64,000 nucleotides of DNA from contig JBHGNT010000006.1 in assembly GCA_043228905.1 (NCBI GenBank), forward strand, positions 2,542,001-2,606,000, read 5' to 3'. Origin of the DNA: Azolla caroliniana (taxonomy: Eukaryota > Plantae > Polypodiophyta). Made by a program: the position numbers and the translations under genes. Of the stretch, positions 13,684 to 28,453 are shown piece by piece. Each line of letters starts with the position of its first letter. The first letter of the stretch is position 1. The notes under the pieces were generated by a model that saw only the letters and a program-made list of their open reading frames with translations, was not told the origin of the DNA and did no database searches.

Positions 13684-15645
13684 AATTTTTAGTTGATATT
13701 GGGGACAGTAGGTTCTTCCAAATGTTCATTTTAATTGTCCTTTGCAAAGGCATAAGATATTTTGCTAATGAGCAGCACATTTGCAATATTTTCAATGAGT
13801 ACACGAAGCTGAGTTTTGTAGTGACAATGCTTTCTTTTGCAATATTTTGCTTCCATGGTAATGAAAACTCGTGTTCTCTATTTTCGACAATTTTATCTCA
13901 ATCGTTGATTTACTATAGGAGATATTCACAATATTGTCATATATAGCGCACACAATTTCCCTTTTGAACTCATAATCTATTGTCTAAAGAGGCTGGTTTA
14001 ATTACATTAACCAACCGAATATTTGGGTGTTAATTTACATTGAAATTGATTAAAGGATGGTTTCCTGATTGCTCAAAGTAGGCATTTGGAGATGGTCGGA
14101 ATAGGGCAAGAAATAAATCATCTTTGTCGTGGTTGATTGTTTAAAATTCTCCATCATTATCTCACCCAGATGCCATTAAATCACTATTATCTGAAGAGAC
14201 CTTGCGGATGTAGGATTAATAGTTGTGGCTCAGCAGGTATTTAGCTGACAGGCAGTCTCATGGTACCCACTCATATCAACTGATATTTTTGCACATTAAC
14301 TCAGTGAAACCCAACATGGTTAGTGGTGTAGCTTCATGCAATTATGAACGCAGTCCTCATCTGTAAGGCTCTGCAACATTATATAGGTATGTGGGTGTTT
14401 TACAGTTGCATCCAGCTCTTTGTTTGTGGGATGCTCAAAATGGATGGTTGAACTGAATTGATCCTGCACTGCATTTTTATTTTATGTGCTACACAAGAGC
14501 ACCTGTGCTGTATCCAGTTGGTCCTCACCTTCATGTCAAGTAATGGTTGACCATCTATAGAGATTGTCTTCTTACCACTATTTTTTATGTGCTTCTTTAT
14601 GAGATCCGTGTAATATGCTCAGCTCCCTAATTTTTTATTTGTCAATAAATCTGTGTGCTGGCGTCGTACTGTATGACTTGTGAGCACTTCGTGAATCCGC
14701 AATTGTTTAAAAGTTTTGACACTGCATGCCTAACTTGTTAGTTTTTGGGGAATATATTTTGATTGGATGAGGTCTAACAAACTACCTAATTCATTGATTG
14801 GATGTTTTATTTTGCACACTACCAATGTTTTGAAGTTCTCCCTTGTAAACTTTGTCACAGCATATCAAATAGGTGAGTAAACAGTGCTAGAAGTAGCTTT
14901 ATTTACCTATTATTGTTATGAGGTTCCAAGCACAAGGCTAAACTTGTTCTTGAACCCTAGGAGTGTTAACAAAATCAGTCAGATTTCACGTTATAATCAT
15001 TCTTCTTAAAGAGAAAATTGCTACATTACATCTAAGCAATTTTCTTGTGAGTGTCACTGATCGGAAGGGATACATTATGTTACAAAGTGTGAGAGAGCTA
15101 TAAAAAGTAATCCATCATGTCTTCAAGGTGTTTGAGCACTCAATGGATCTATAGTTTCAAGCCAAATTTCTGTTCACAAGGATGTGAAGCTGAAATCGTG
15201 TAAAAGCTCTAAATGATGTTTATTTTGTGAATGATTTGAGCTGAAGCATATGTATAAATAAAAATACCATTGTAAGCAATTCTATCACATGATTTTGTCC
15301 TTACCATTTGAAGATTTTCTTATTTTGTTGAGGTTTTATCATGCCCAATGTAACTAGAAATGTCATTGATTGTTTAATAAAGTTTAATGTTCAACTGGAT
15401 CATTATATACATACACATATATACATGTTGAGGTGCTCAAGGATGTATGTTAACTAATGTGTATGGCCTATACAAATACTTGGTGTCAGTTTTGTTAAAT
15501 TCCTTGATGTAAAAAGGTTAACTACGTTGTTTTGTGATACATTGTTTACAAAGGTTTTCGTTTGTACATTCTTGTAAAGTCTGTGCTTCAAGTCTATCTA
15601 ATGTGTTTGGCAGGTGCCTTTTTATCGTGTTGTCTTTTATGGCTT

Positions 15646-17879
15646 TCAGGATTTGATCAATCCCAAATTGAGTAGAACTAGGGATGGCATTCCAAGCCAG
15701 TTCCCAAAGGAAAACTTTGATACTAATTGTCTTCGGGTAGCCGGGGGTGACCTTGGAGCTGCATGAAGGGGCAGTTGTGTGACTTTTAAGACAGCTTGGC
15801 CAATCTCTTTCCTCACAGCTTCAATTACTTTCAGATCAACATTATGGTTCCCTGATACATCAGTCACATAGAACACACTAATAGCATTTTCGCCACTTGT
15901 AGAGACATCAGCCCTAGCAACTGACAATCCATGCTCGCGGAATATGCGGGTAACGTCGGATAACAACCCTACTCTATCCCTTGTACACAATTCAAGTCTC
16001 AGGCCCTGCAGATCCACATCAATAAAAGATACCCGTGTCAATCAACCTACTTGTATGCAGAAGTAAAACAAAACATTAGGCTGTGATATGAAGAGGCATC
16101 CATTGAGGATTCACACCATAGTAGGGGTTAAACCAACTATGAAAAAACCATTACACTAGAACTAACTAATCCATCTGGATTGAGAATAATCATATACCTC
16201 AGAAACTCTACGTTGGATAGCAGCTCTCAGACACTTGATCACTCTTCTCCTCTCTGCTTGTGAATTGAGAGTGCAACCATCAATATGACGGATGTAATAT
16301 TCCTGCATATGTAATTGATCAAATTAGTAATGAAAATATATGCATAACTATGCATTTTCAAAACATATTTTCACATCCTTGTTTGTTCAACTTACTTGAC
16401 ACGCCCGATCCCCATCTGAATCGATCGTTGCATGGAACACAACATATTGCATGTCAGTCAATGTGCAAACAATATCAAATACCAGTTTTCGTTGGTTTCG
16501 GCAATCAATATTCACCACAGAATAGCCTTTCTCTTCACAATCAGTAACAGTGATCTTCTCATTTACCGCATCCCACTCCAAATCTTCTTCATCATCATCA
16601 TCATCATCATCCCTCTCATAATCTCTATCTGCAAACATCATTTGATGCAAGCGTCTCTCGGTATGTGTGGCACTCGTTACAAAGTCGGTTCTTGCTTCTT
16701 TCGAGCTCTCATGTCCTCTCAACACATTTGAGAGTGAGTCCTTGATCTTGTGGAGCTTGCTCTGGTCCTCGATCGGACCTTTCGATTCTTCATCGTTGAC
16801 ACATAGAACACATGCTACTCTCATGTTGTGTGTCCAGAGCTCTGCTGCAACAACATTACACCGCATCCCAGCGAGCAAAGCCGATATTTCTGACATCAAA
16901 CCTGGACGATTGTGGCCAATCAACTCAATGGCTGTATGTTTGGAAGTCTCAATAGGGTCATGATGAATAGTCGACCTAACATTTCTCCTAGTAGATTCAT
17001 GGGATGTGCTTATACCCTGCTCAAAAGTTTTGCCCAAATTTCAGAAGAAGTTCTTAAGACATTTTCCGAAAGTGCAGAAAGAACATACTATTGAGTGCAC
17101 ACATAATCTTAACATCAAATGGCATGAATCACAGACAATAAATTTCAAAGAATGCCCATCGGCAATAATCCTATGTCTTAAAAGAAGAGGAATTCACCTT
17201 CTCAATGTGTGATATTGTGTCTTCATTTCGTACTTTGTCACCAGAGGCATCAGTCACATAGAAAACTGCATGTAGATAGAACAAGGTTAGCCAGAAATGA
17301 CGGAAATCCATGAATACATGATCAAATACATGCAATATGTGTAACACACACACACATACACACAGAGTCAAGCACACACCTACCTATATGAAGGTCCCAC
17401 ACACGGTCACACACACATCCACGCACATGTGGTTATGCACACACATACATATCTCATAGATCCAAAGAGGTGTAAACTGACCATCCATGAACCATCCACC
17501 ATCGGATGAGATGTAGGCCTTTCTAATCCAAAGATCTAGATCTGTGAGAATCTGAACAACTTCAAGAAGGATTCCGTGGCGGTTGGAGCTATCCACCTTC
17601 ACCAAAGTTGCAGTTTGACATGAGCAATTGTCCACAATAACCCTACAAAAGAATAATTTAAGATAAAAATGAAGGATCCAGAATGAAGGAAACAAATCAA
17701 GAGAAGAATTCAGGAAGAACATTGGAAGGAAATAAATAAAAACACTTGGATCGATTGAATCAACATGCGATCAAACAAGGAGAGAGAAGGAGAGAAATAG
17801 GGAGGTATGTGAACCTTGGTCGGTTCATACGCCAGACAAGCTTCTCATATTCATCAAATTCAGCTTGTGGTCGATCCAT
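15646..17879 (-). CDS. ACR: ACT domain repeat (ACR) protein with four ACT domains; exons 17879-17815, 17642-17482, 17265-17198, 17016-16396, 16302-16198, 16005-15646
   Basis: Reads [22 protein letters not shown]|[47 protein letters not shown]|VFYVTD...[17 protein letters not shown]...[17 protein letters not shown]...EYYIRHIDG...AIQRRVSE|[24 protein letters not shown]. Junctions are canonical GT-AG. Confidence 0.94.
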
Positions 17880-17966
17880 AGTAAGGCAAAATCTCCGGAA
17901 AGAAGAATAAAGCAAAGGAAGAGTGACGAAGAAGAGTAGAAGCAGATAACCTTCTCTGAATTCAAA

Positions 17967-17986
17967 TTAGGGTTAGGGTTAGGGTT
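17967..17986. repeat. (TTAGGG)3 telo-box-like tract upstream of the ACR start codon
   Basis: TTAGGGTTAGGGTTAGGGTT, about 90 bp before the ATG on the minus strand. Confidence 0.8.
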
Positions 17987-18539
17987 ACAGAAGAGATTTG
18001 GGTTTTAAGCAAAGAATTATAGACTGATTCATTTTCTTGGCAGACTTCTAACATGGCTTAAGAAAACAGAGTGGCTGTTGTTATTGTTGTTGTTAAGGGT
18101 AGGTGGGTAGCTTTGGAGACTGGGTATAGCCGGTCAAATGAGAAATATAAAAAAGTCAGTTTCTGCTCATTTTCTTTTTAAATATAAAAGCAAGCTTTTC
18201 ATTCTTGTTCCTCTTCTTTATGAAAAACACCCAAAACTGAAAAGAAAGGAACAAAGACAAACACTACAGAAAGAGACTAGAAATGTATATGTGTGTGTGT
18301 GTGTATAGTATGTCTTTTCTTGGATACATTTAAAAATCTAGACATCTGGTGCTGGGTCAAGTAAAGTGGGTGATTCGCTTAATCCCTTGTGACCCTTCAT
18401 CACGTGCCGACCCCTTTGATCGTGCTCCACACGCCACGCTACACCATACTATCACTATCCACACTTCACGTCCCATGCCCCACCCCAATGGCCGCAAATG
18501 TATTGACAAGCCACGGGCTAATACTCAAGCGGCTATTTG

Positions 18540-18570
<31 letters not shown>

Positions 18571-18632
18571 GTCTGTCTGTTTGTCTGTTTGTCTGTCTGT
18601 CTGTCTACTATCCATATTTCTGTCTGTCTATC
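18540..18632. repeat. Compound (CTAT)n/(CTGT)n microsatellite
   Basis: Directly visible tetranucleotide tract. Confidence 0.9.
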
Positions 18633-21600
18633 TAATACCTATGTATTTATGCCTCTTGCCTCCTTCGTAATATAACTCGCCAAATCTTGAAACTACTCGT
18701 GTTCATAAGAGGATGCACATGATCATCACATATACCATCGGGTCACACATGACAAGGGGAAAATGGGCCCCTCTTCATATCAGTTAACGATTCTGTCTCG
18801 TTGATAATACACAACATGCTCAATAGGTGGAAAATAATGTAAGCATCATGCTTACTTAATATTTGGTATGAGACCCCAAGAGCGCTTTGAAAACATCTCC
18901 ATCTTGGACAAGCCCTTTATGAATATGTATATTCATGAGACACCACTAATCTTAGATGTGAGCTAAAATTGTGAGCTTTCTTGTAAAAGGCTTCATACAT
19001 ACCTTTAAAGTAAGTCTTCCTCATAAACGATGCTCATTCATGTCTTTGTTTCTCATAGACGAGACAATGTTTTCTTTTGTATTTGTTGTGGAAATAGCCC
19101 ATTTTTGTCTTTTTAGAGACATAATGCAAAACTTTTCATGTTCGTCATAACTTCTTTCTTTCACAAAATGTAATAGATTTCATTTAAATGGCAAGAAGGC
19201 TGGTTTTGGGGCTATACATGGTCCTAACTTATTTAATCAAAACTCTATCTAATAAAGAGATCCACATAAAGATATGATATGAGATATCTTGATAAAGTTG
19301 AATTGCGACCATAATTGTGTTCAATACTTGAAGTGATGTCACAACAAATGAGAATGAGTAAACTATAAAAGCGTGTTGCTACGTGTTGGATTAAGAATGT
19401 ACTTAAGTAACTAGAGAAAAACAACAGAGCTAAATGTTGCCTATGGATTATAATCTCCCATATGACGTTAATCAATAAACTCCAATATCAATCACATAAT
19501 AAATAAACCATTAGAAACTGTCATTAGAAAAATACTTCTTTATTCTCATTGCATCACTATAATTAAATGATTAAACTATCAAACTTATTTAAATTGATGA
19601 GATTATTATAGACAACTCATCCTACATTATCCCCTACTCCTAGTAGGGCCCCAATTGAAAAATTAAATATTTTGTCATGTGTTATGAGCATCCATGCCAT
19701 GTGTCCATCGCAACCGAAGAATAACTTTCCTTACTTGCGAGGCAAATAAAATTGTTTACTTACAATTCAAACCAAAAACATGTTGGCAAGATGTATAGAA
19801 CTTCAACTTCTTTCTCAAGAGTTTAGGCTTCTATATAACAACCTCAAGCATTTCCATGCACTTAACAAACATTTATAGCTCATTAAATATTAAAAAAGAA
19901 GCTAATGTTGTAGACCTTGTTTCTGTTACTTATTTAATTTGCTTGAATGTAAATAGAGAATGACCATTTACTTGTATTTTAGAATATGCTAATATAACTA
20001 CCTACTAAACTTTTCCATTACTATTAATTAGATATATGGTGCTCTAGTGGTAACACTAGTGCTTCATAACCTTTGTGATGTCTAATAATTAGATATATGG
20101 TGCTCTAAATTCTAATCGTAACGCTTTGTGATGTGGGTTCATAACATGTATGGACATTTTGTATGTACACAAAAGGGTTTTAGAACTAGATTAGGGAAGA
20201 AATGGATCCCTCTAGAGTATCTTGCATTCTTGTGAGAACATTCAATGCCATTAAAACAAAGGAACGTTTCATGATCACAAGGAATTTCCCCAATGGTACA
20301 ACCATGTAGATTACTCCATGACAAACGGTCCCCATTCCTCTTAGACACTAGTGGAAATTCAACGACATTAACACAAACAAATTCTTCATTATTGTTGGTG
20401 TGGTCCTTTAGAGGGCCATGTTATTGTTTTCATTCCTCTCGACGGAACTATACAACCAATATTTTATATTGTTATCCCTCACAATTAAAATCCTACCTAA
20501 ATTTGACGATACACACATTTTACTCGGCAAATGCTGCAAACTACAAGATTTACCACTACACCAAGTTTATATAATTGATGATGGCAAGCCCTTTTACATT
20601 GTGGTTTAACACACAATGTATTGTTTTCTAACCACACATTATTTATTTTACTTATTCTGTCTGTCATTAGCTTTGTTTATGTAGGTATTGAATTGATGGA
20701 TGGATGTTTGGTGAAGTTTTTATGATTTGTAGATTATTGAATAACTAGAATTCTCTTATTGACATCTTAGGGACATGACTATAGTGAATGGTGTTTTACA
20801 TCCCCATATCAGTAATGCATTTTGGGATTTTATGGAATTTTTACATCTTTGAGGGAAGTGATATTGTTATTATATCATTTGGTGTAAAGGGATTTATAAT
20901 TGGTCATGTATAAGAGTTTAGAGGTAGTATTCTTTAACTAGATTTTACCAAGGGATTGTCTTCACAAAATAAAGAGTTTTATGGGAAAACATGATAAGAT
21001 TTAATAGCCAATTAATTATGATTTAGATAAATATAATAAAGTAGGTTACATCTCTTTCATGATTATTTTATGATATCATCAATATAACAGTTTCAGCACA
21101 TTGCAATTACAATTAATCAATTAAATACACTATAAATTAAAGTCATACCCCAATTTAGATCCACTAAGTTAAAAAATGTAGTTTAAGCATATGACATTCA
21201 TTTCGGTATTGTCTTTCTTTTTTGTGTGTTTGTGTATATGTACGTAAGAAGTGGCAATATTGCGTGTATCATGGTAGGTGATGTGTTGTTCCGAATCCAA
21301 GGTGCATTAATTGAGCATTCAACGTTTCTCATGTTTGTGTTACAATTGTGTATGCAATGTTGCGATAATTGTGAAGCCACGCAAGAAATGTCGCAAAAGT
21401 TAGTCAAAATGTTTGAAAATATATGCCTTCTTGTGTTAAAACATTACTTCACTATTCACAAATGGTTCAAGCTCATGTTTGACTTTCCAAACCAAAAGTG
21501 CTCCTAGCTTGACATGTAGGGAACATTTATTATTAAATCTTTATTGTGTCTATAGATTTCGATAAGCTCGATAAGCTCGCATAATAGAGATGAAAATGGT

Positions 21601-21966
21601 CCCCAATCCACCATCATGCTAGTGGCCACCACATAAAAACAAGCTTTAGTAATAGCTGAAGTATTCCTCTCTATTTATGATCACTACTCTTTTGAGAAGG
21701 CATATTTGGAAAAAAGAAGCAAATATCCATGTGATCAACGTTATCCATTTGTAAAAGGAGAAAGTGGTTGGAAGGATTATTTAAGAGTGGATGGAAAGGA
21801 AACACGAATATTGAGAGACCCATAGAAAAGAGAATTGGTATAGGTTACACAAGAAGGTCATCTGTTCAACCCCTATATTTCTAATGGTCATCCATTGAAA
21901 TAGGTTGGACCTACATGCAACTTGCAAGCTAAGGGTTGAATATGGTTTTGCATTAGGGTGCGGTTC

Positions 21967-21972
<6 letters not shown>

Positions 21973-22014
<42 letters not shown>
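21973..22014. repeat. (GA)n microsatellite
   Basis: About 21 GA units. Confidence 0.95.
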
Positions 22015-22019
<5 letters not shown>

Positions 22020-22199
22020 GAAGGAGGAAGAGATATATAATTAACGTCTTCTAAGGCCAAAAATTGGCCCATGAGACAATTGGGGTGTGCAATAAAATAG
22101 GGTGTCTACCCAATCATTGAAATAAAAATAGAACTTAACCTAAAAGAATTCTAGTATTGTACAAAACATGTTATGGTGGAACATATTCAATAAAGGAAA

Positions 22200-22805
22200 T
22201 GACTTTGTACTAAGCCTAGTTTCATTTCCATCCAAGCCTCTCGAAAAGAAGTGGGAGGTCAAAAGGTTTCGGTGTGGGTGTGACCAATGGTCCTGGTGGT
22301 GTAGAAGGTACCCCAATCATGGCTTCTAGGCTGTGTAGCTTTTGTTCCCTTATTTTCTTTATTGCTTCTACACCACGTCGAGTTGCTTTGAAACCCGACA
22401 TTCGAGGGTGTTTGGTTCTTCTTTGGTTTTCTACTTCGTCAAGGAATAGGCCGAGTGGTGCAAGTGTGTCCACATTCGTCATCTCCCCCTGTCCCTGAAA
22501 AACTTCATTTATTACATGTTGGTGAATATTAGAAATGTTATTGTCAACATTTTGTAGTTTATTCTCTCTATGTTGTTTTAGCTCTTAGATATATTTGCCT
22601 AATTTCTTTATATGTAGAGTATCTAATAGTTTAGGAGGGTGGCAAAGGGACTGAGTATGTCTCGGTATTTTTCCCTTATATCGGCGTAAGTTGGACACTT
22701 GCATGTAAAGTGGTACTCATCCTCTACCTCTATGTGACATAATCTACATATCCTTTCCTCTCTAGGGACTCCATTAGTACGTCCATTCTCAATCTCAAGT
22801 TGGTG
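22200..22805 (-). mobile_element. 3' fragment of a non-LTR retrotransposon (RTE-X/L2/CR1-like C-terminal Cys/His domain)
   Basis: The minus strand reads HQLEIENGRTNGVPREERICRLCHIEVEDEYHFTCKCPTYADIREKY, matching the H.L.IE.GR...R.C..C...EDE.HF..CP.Y..IR motif. It continues into the 86-aa ORF at 22222-22482. Confidence 0.75.
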
Positions 22806-23235
22806 AATAAAGATGTGTGAAAGTTAGACGTTAACCAAGGTGTTGTCGATTGACTATAGTAATAAAGATGTGTGAAAGTTGGGCTTTGAACCCAAGGTGT
22901 TAGGTTGGTAGCTTTGAGAGAGAGGAGAGAGTACACTTTATATCTTTCACAAAGTTGGATTTAGAAAGTTTGGGATGGCAAGGGTCACTAGTTAAGAAAG
23001 CCTCATTTTTTTATTATAAGAGAGATTATTGTAATAAAGATGTGTGAATGTTAGACGTTAAGTCCAAGGTGTTGTTGATTGACTATAGTAATAAAGACGT
23101 GTGAAAGTTGGGCTTTGAACCCAAGGTGTTAGGTTGGTAGCTTTGAGAGAGAGGGAGAGAGTACACTTTATATCTTTCACAAAGTTGGATTTAGAAAGTT
23201 TGGGATGGCAAGGGTCACTAGTTAAGAAAGCCTCA
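22806..23235. repeat. ~227-bp tandem duplication
   Basis: AATAAAGATGTGTGAA(A/T)GTTAGACG...GGGTCACTAGTTAAGAAAGCCTCA occurs at 22806 and 23033. Confidence 0.9.
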
Positions 23236-23439
23236 ATTTTTTTATATTTGGGTTATCCACAAGGAATTGACGTTGTGAATGTCCAATTAATTGATTGGTA
23301 ATAAATTGAGGGATATGTTTAGATATTGGAAGTTTCAATCGTGGACAATTCATTTGTGACTTAAATTGCTTCAATGTATCCATGGAACACATGATATTGT
23401 ACTCACCTAGATTAATAAGGCATTGAGACCAAATTTGCA

Positions 23440-23924
23440 ACCTCTTTGGTTTCTATTGTGGCGGAAGGAGGATAAGATGGGAATCACATGGATTTCTTGG
23501 AAACATCTCACAACTACAAAGAGATTAAGATTAGGTGGTGGTGTGGCAATTTTGGACAAGCATGTGATGGGTCATCGATTCTCTTTATTGAGAGATGTGT
23601 TTAGCAAACTCAACCATTTGAATGTATGTTGCAATATTTCATTGAGAAGGACGAATTAGTGCATTAGAGAACTGGTATCATGGTGGCAATTGGTCAATGG
23701 AAATGTTCTACGAAAAAAAAACACTCTTTATGCACACCAAGACTAATCACATATTGGCAAGAAGCTTTGTCATATCTGTAGTGCACTCCACCAACTAGTC
23801 AAAATCAATGTAAATCAATTTCAAAAGGAAGTTCTTCTATCTTCGCAATTGTTATATTGGAAGGGAAAAAAGAGAGAGTTTGGGATCTTAGTTTAAATTG
23901 TTGTACTAATTTCAGGGTTGCCGA
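23440..23924 (+). mobile_element. Old degenerate L1-type LINE fragment, split by a younger LINE
   Basis: FLLWRKEDKMGITWISWKHLTTTKRLRLGGGVAILD resembles the post-RT 'F.W...W.SW....K..GG.g.' region. It probably resumes after 26206. Confidence 0.5.
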
Positions 23925-23938
23925 TCTGGGTGATGTTT

Positions 23939-26192
23939 TTTCCAAAAAAAGATACTACATTAGTATTAGAAAACCGCCATAAGGCTAAACATACAAGCTA
24001 TACCGATCCCCTATATTTTTCTAAAGTCTAACCATTGGCTTGAATAAACACTTTGGTGTTGAGTAGAACCACTCCACCTTACCAAAATACCGTCTATAAA
24101 ATATACCTATGTCCCAAATGGCATGAAACTCCACCCGCCTAAGCTCCGCTTGATGCGTATTACCTTTTATACCATCCAAAATCCCTCTAAGATTATGTAC
24201 AATCTCTATCCAAATTCCGGAGATTATTTGAGCAGGTCTTTCAGTCATATTTTGAAATACCTTCAAACATCGAGCCTTCCAAATATACCAAATTGTAATA
24301 CTGCTTACCAATTGCCATATTTGAGGTTTATCAGTTTGTATTTGTGGATTCGGAGGGATCAAATTTTTTTCCATCATACCATGCCTCACCATAATAGCAT
24401 CCGCAACCTCCTTATGTTCATATTCCATCGGTTTATCATGTACCGCTGCCCATAATACTGCACCCCATGTGTACACTGCTCTAGGATATATTGGAATTAA
24501 AAATTTTAAAATTTGTTTCCATATATCCATAGCAAAACCACAACTCCACAAACAATGTTTAGCAGTCTCTATTACATCTGTACAAAAAGGACACATCTTG
24601 TCTACATTTCCTTTTCGCCACCCATTAACTGGTATAGCATTATGAACCAACAACCATCGAAAACCAACAATTTTCCTACTCATCTTTATACCCCATAACC
24701 ATTTCCAAAATTGTTTAAGATGTTGTGGAGAAAGTTCATTTCGTCTCCAAACAATATTTGCAGTTGGTTCTTTCCATGATCTAGCAGCTAATACTTTCCT
24801 ACCAATCCTCACAGAATACTGAAAAAACGGCACATATTTGATGTTATCTTGCATCCTCACCTTCCAATACAGTTCTCCAGGATCCCAAGTTAGTGTAGAT
24901 ATTGATCTCCTTTCCAAAATCCAAATCCTCCACAAACAATTCACCTTTTGAGGATCCGGGTCTAATACCCAATTTGATCCATCATTTGCAATCACCCTCA
25001 CTTCTTTATGTAAACAAAAACTAAACAAATCATGTTCCATAGATGTACAGATTAACCTACCATCATCCTGTACATCAAAAGTCATGCATTCTTGTTCCCC
25101 AATATAGGCTTTCACTCCAATTAAAACATCCAATGGAGTAAATAAACCCATCCACTTGTGTGTAGTATATCCAATTTGCATTTGAACATTAACAAGGGCA
25201 TTCTGGATCGCAGAATACATTATCTTCCCACCCCTTATATTACTAATTAATAGCATTTGTTGATCTATAGATTTAGACAAAAAAGTTATCCATGCACCTA
25301 TAGACTGTGCTGGCCCACGATCTAATTCTGCCCATGCACATTTAGTACGCTTTCCCAACATTTGTCCTCTTAGGTCAGTCAACCATGAATTCCAAATCAG
25401 CGGTTGCCTACAGAATTCAGATTCTGTTTTTGGCAATGTCTTAACTAAATCACGAGAAATATCTTTCCATGCTTTAAGAACACATCGAGCAAATCTATCT
25501 TCCCAACTTGTAGCAATAGCCAATTTATTATGTTCCATAAAAGCCCATCTAGCACTAGGCGTCCAATCTCCACCCGTCTTGGGACAAAACCTTTGCAATT
25601 CATAAAACAACAATTGTTTCCAAGGTTCCGATCCTGGCAATAATCCTCGAATCACCAATTTTGCCATTAAAGCTTTCGATTGTTGTAATGGATCCACAAT
25701 CCCTAATCCTCCTTGATCCAATGGCTTAACAATTGTGGACCAAGAGACTTTTGCCCTAACATGGCTTCCATCATTACCAGACCACAAATAATTTCGAATC
25801 AATCTTTGCAATTGTCCCATACATGATCTCGAAAAACTCCAACATGACATAATATACCAGAGACTAGACAACAAAACATGATTAACGACTATCACTCTAC
25901 CCGCAAATGATAGTTTAGCTTTACTCCAAAACATAAGTTTTTTCCTAATTTTCAATAACAAAGAAGCAACCTGAATTTCTGAAGAAATATTCAACCCTAC
26001 TTGACATCCCAAATATCTAACTGAAGTGCCCTCGGGAACCCATCTGAAATCTGGATGAGGACTCCATTGTGGAGTTGTGGAATCGGACGACACCCAAAAA
26101 CCCACTGATTTATTCCAATTAATTGCTGCACCTGCAGCTATACAAAATGTTTGCATTGCTGTGTACATGTTCTGCAGATTATTATTGTGAGG
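23939..26192 (-). mobile_element. Young 5'-truncated L1-type LINE (ORF2 C-terminal part with zf-RVT), 14-bp TSD
   Basis: Uninterrupted 715-aa ORF 26168-24021 (INWNKS, RYLG, LSFAGRVIVVNHVL, GGLGI, CPFC...ETAKHCLWSC, IWYIWKARC). TSD TCTGGGTGATGTTT at 23925-23938 and 26193-26206. The A-tail is short. Confidence 0.93.
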
Positions 26193-28453
26193 TCTGGGTG
26201 ATGTTTGATGTTGAATCTCAAAGGTTAAATAGAGTTTGAAGAAGCTAAAATCTTATCATTTCTTCTGTTCAATTATGGGTTTATTTGGCAAAAGTTGTAG
26301 GGCATATTATTGCTTCAGGGATCTTTACCTATGTCGACAAATGAACGTTCTTGCAAGTTGAATTGATGCTTGAATGATAAAACATATTTTAAAATTAGCA
26401 CAAATATATTGTACCATCCTTCAGTGTCATCACTTGGTCGGGTTTCATGTAAAGTGGCAAAGGAGTGGAATATATGCAATTTTGATGTAGGATAGTCGGA
26501 AATTCAATAGGTGACATGTTCCTATGACATTTAACTTCCATAGATAGAAGTGACAAATCTTCCAAATTCAATTGAGAGTCCTTGGTACCAGCCAATATAT
26601 TAAGTATTTCATTAATGTGTTAGATACACAAGATTCTCTAAAGGTATGTCCAATCTTCTGCCAAAAAAGGTAACCGACTTCAGCTTAATACAAGTTGACA
26701 GACTTTAGAGAATCAATTTTCTAATATTTACCTAGTTCTAGGAACATATATACTCAAAATATTCCAATTCAATAATAAAGAATCACAACAGACGAGTAAA
26801 ATGAGAGTTGATAGTGAGTTTTTTAATCCCACATTGACAGAAAAACAAGACTTTATCTACTAAACCACATATTACAGAATGAATGCATTGCATTTGCCAT
26901 CCATAAGAAATCCTAATCACAAATAAAATATATAGAAGGAGCTTTCGTATTTTGTCTTTGAGATCATTACACTAATGAAGAGTTTACTTAGATGTGATTA
27001 ACCCAACCAACTTTCTTGAAAAAGCATGCACAAATTTGACTTTGACATCATTTACTATTAAGAATATCTGTCACAGCAAATCGGTTCACAATTTACATTA
27101 CCTTATAAAAACAATCCATTGCATTACCTTATAAGAAAAGATTAATTTTAATAACACAACCCAAACACTTCTATGCTAACCATTATTGAGTTTAAAGATA
27201 ACCAATAGATTACTTTAAAATAAATGCAAATGTTACAAAAAAAACATCAATTTAGGAATCCAATCACTTCATCAATGTATATTATAATAAGAGAATGATG
27301 GAGTAATAGTAATCTGGTGGCAGGATGTAATGTTTAAAGATGGTGACGTGAGAAGGGCATGATGCCAATTTATTCATGAGGGAGTGACATATCGATTAAA
27401 TACATCTAATATATTAGATAAGGTGGTGATCATGAAGTAATAAGATTCAAGAATGAATGAATATTAAAGAGACGGAGATGTTGAGTGTGAGTGTTGCGTA
27501 ACAAAGAGGGTAGCCATGTAATATTCTAATCTCCTACAACTAGTTTAAGGTTATCATGTTCTACAACAGGTAAGTTTCACATGTTCTACAAGTCAGAAGG
27601 GGCTACAATATAAAGGATGGCAAAATGATTATTGGCAATGTCCTATCCAATACAGCTCTTAGTAAATCAAGAGGGGTTGGTAGAAGAAGTAAAAGTTTAT
27701 TGTGTCAAATAAGAGAAGTGGTGAATGGGATGCACCAAGGGGAGGGTAAATATAAAAAATAAACTAGAGTGTTGGGAAAAAAGCATAGTTACTATGTAGA
27801 AGAATATATGTTACAAGGTTCAAACTAAGGTCAATAATATCCTACTTATCGCCTTTATATCAGCTAAATTTCATTAGATTTGTGGATGTGCTTTGTAAGC
27901 GCTAGTTGCAAGTTCAAATTTGTGATGTTATCTGTCCATGACTATACACAATCACCATCACTTTGCATCACCATATATCTTATGTATTCAACCCTGGTAC
28001 CCTCATATATCAAGCATTGTTATTCAAAGTTTCTTGATGTTCTTGCCTCTATGGTTGCACCTTCCAATTGTAAAGATATGTGAACTAATAACTGGCTCCT
28101 TTACCCCTAAGCACACTTTGGATGGGTATGTATCCTAACAAAGAAGCCAAATAACTTTGATCAAAGAACATTATTATTTTCCAATGATTCCATTTCAATG
28201 TGAAAGTCAAATACTTGCACTCCTGGTGGCTGCATGTGACAATGAGTCAATATGAAGACCACGTGAATGGAAGAAGAAGAAGAAAGTCTATCAATAACAC
28301 GTAAAAGTAATATGTAAAGGAAATCGAAAAGTTGCCTTGAAACACGAAAATTCAAAAAGAAGTTTGAGAATGACCAAAATAATGCTTCATTTCCACATGT
28401 ATGAAGTTTGCATTATACATAAATTTTCTACTTTGTCCTTGTGTTGTACACTG

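Noticed and set aside
14190-14265. Possible hairpin or miRNA precursor between the RPL26 and ACR 3' ends (GAGAC...GTCTC)
   Set aside because: Only short terminal complementarity, with no extended stem.
20139-20450. Possible Gypsy RT remnant (YMVVPLG-like)
   Set aside because: Only one weak motif, with no supporting domains or termini.
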